A stretch of 64,000 bases of DNA, from assembly GCF_004010195.1 (NCBI RefSeq), contig NC_057719.1, forward strand, positions 39,844,872 to 39,908,871, read 5' to 3'. Under the pieces are notes generated by a model. It was not told where the DNA came from. It ran no database searches and saw only the letters and a list, made by a program, of their open reading frames with translations. Origin of the DNA: Chiloscyllium plagiosum (Eukaryota). Position numbers and translations under genes: made by a program. Shown one piece after another: positions 62,815 to 64,000 of this stretch (within the stretch, counting starts at the first letter, position 1; the number at the start of each line of letters is the position of its first letter).

Positions 62815-63490
62815 TGTAAGAAAGTGGAGTCGCAGTTAGGTAGGATAGTGAAGAAGGTGTTTGGTATGCTTTCCTTTATTAGCCAGAGTATTGAGTACCG
62901 GAGTTGGGAGGTCATGTTGTGACTGTACAGGACATTGGTTCGGCCACTGTTGGAATATTGCTTGCAATTCTGGTCTCCTTCCTATTAGAATGATGTTGTG
63001 AAACTCGAAAGGATTCAGAAAAGATTTACAAGGATGTTGCCAGAGTTGGAGGATTTGAACTATAGGGAGAGGTTGACTAGGCTGTTTCCCTTGAGCGTCG
63101 GAGGCTGAGGGGTGACCTTATAGAGGTGTATAAAATCATGAGGGGCATGGATAGGATAAAGAGACAAAGTCTTTTCCCTGATGTGGCAGAGTCCAGAACT
63201 AGAGGGCATAGGTTTAGGGTGAGAGGGAAAAGATATAAAAGAGACCGAAGGGGCAACGTTTTCATGCTGAGGGTAGTATGTGTATAGAATGAGCTGCCAG
63301 AGGAAGTGGTGGAAGCTTGTACAATTGCAACATTTAAAAGGCATTTGGATGGATATATGAAGAGGAAGGGATTGGAGAGAAATGGGGGCCACATGCTGGC
63401 AGGTGGGACTAGATTGGATTGGGATATTTGGTCGGCATGGATGAGTTGGACCGAAGTGTCTATTTCCATGCTGTACATCTCTATGATTCT
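62815..63490 (+). mobile_element. CR1 3' fragment in a KLC1 intron
   Basis: Same family as 1-623 and 43640-44465. Confidence 0.9.
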
Positions 63491-63594
63491 TTTGCTGTTA
63501 AAACTCACCATGGCATGCTACTGAAACACAAGAATCATGAAAACCTTAAAACTGATTCACTCAGCATACAGCTTAACGAGGTGCAAGAGAAACA

Positions 63595-63730
63595 TACTCC
63601 TGATGAAGAGCTTATGCTCAAATCGTTGATTCTCCTGCTCCTCGGATGCTGTTTGACCAGCTGTGCTTTTCCAGCACCATACTTTTTTTTTTGACTCTGA
63701 TCATGCATCTGTAGTCCTTTTACTTCCTCT
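63595..63730 (+). mobile_element. PLE 3' end with decayed hammerhead at 63600-63627
   Basis: CTGATGA-A-GAGC-TTAT-GCTC-AAAT-CGTT followed by the common ctcctgctcctcggatgctg block. Confidence 0.75.
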
Positions 63731-64000
63731 CACAAGACAAACATATGAGTCATGACCTTCAGGAGAGGAGAGGGAACAAGGAAGAAACTAGGTTTGGAAA
63801 AACATGAATTTAGATCTTCCTAACCACCTTTATCAGATCATCCATGTTACATGTAAGCTGCATAGAATTGTAGAATCCCTATAGTATGGAAGTAGGTGAC
63901 CCTGCCTATTGAGTCCACACTGACCATCTGAAGAATATCCTACTCACCCTACTCTATCCCTGTAATCATGCATTTCCCGTATCTAATCCACCTAGTCTGC

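Noticed and set aside
1..64000. CRISPR array, prokaryotic defence system, rRNA or DNA transposase
   Set aside because: The sequence is eukaryotic with spliced genes. No regularly spaced repeat-spacer array or such coding motifs were seen, and the inverted repeats derive from PLE ends rather than transposon TIRs.

Overview
Repeat-rich vertebrate genomic DNA, most likely from a cartilaginous fish (inferred from HE1/V-SINE-type SINEs, abundant CR1 LINEs and Penelope-like elements). Two host genes lie on the + strand in the same order as in human. COA8/APOPT1 has four coding exons here (934-1131, 18333-18396, 22119-22209, 23030-23132; its first exon lies upstream of the window). KLC1 has a CpG-island promoter at about 29.4-30.1 kb and its first coding exon at 62273-62534. 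The rest is mostly retroelement debris: CR1, an L1-clade element, SINEs and many Penelope-like element (PLE) pieces, plus a 446-nt assembly gap. Most notable observations: (1) about 18 minimal hammerhead-ribozyme motifs in PLE 3' ends, in at least three sequence classes. (2) These PLE ends repeatedly occur as fold-back insertions with 10-14 bp target-site duplications (TSDs) and a one-sided 30-45 nt tail. (3) An 825-bp inverted copy of local intron DNA is fused to a CR1 3' end, and the pair interrupts an old SINE. (4) A TSD-bounded PLE insertion carries about 500 bp of non-PLE DNA. (5) COA8 exon 22119-22209 is frame-compatible with the first KLC1 coding exon. All calls were made by eye with no database searches; repeat boundaries are approximate unless a TSD is quoted.
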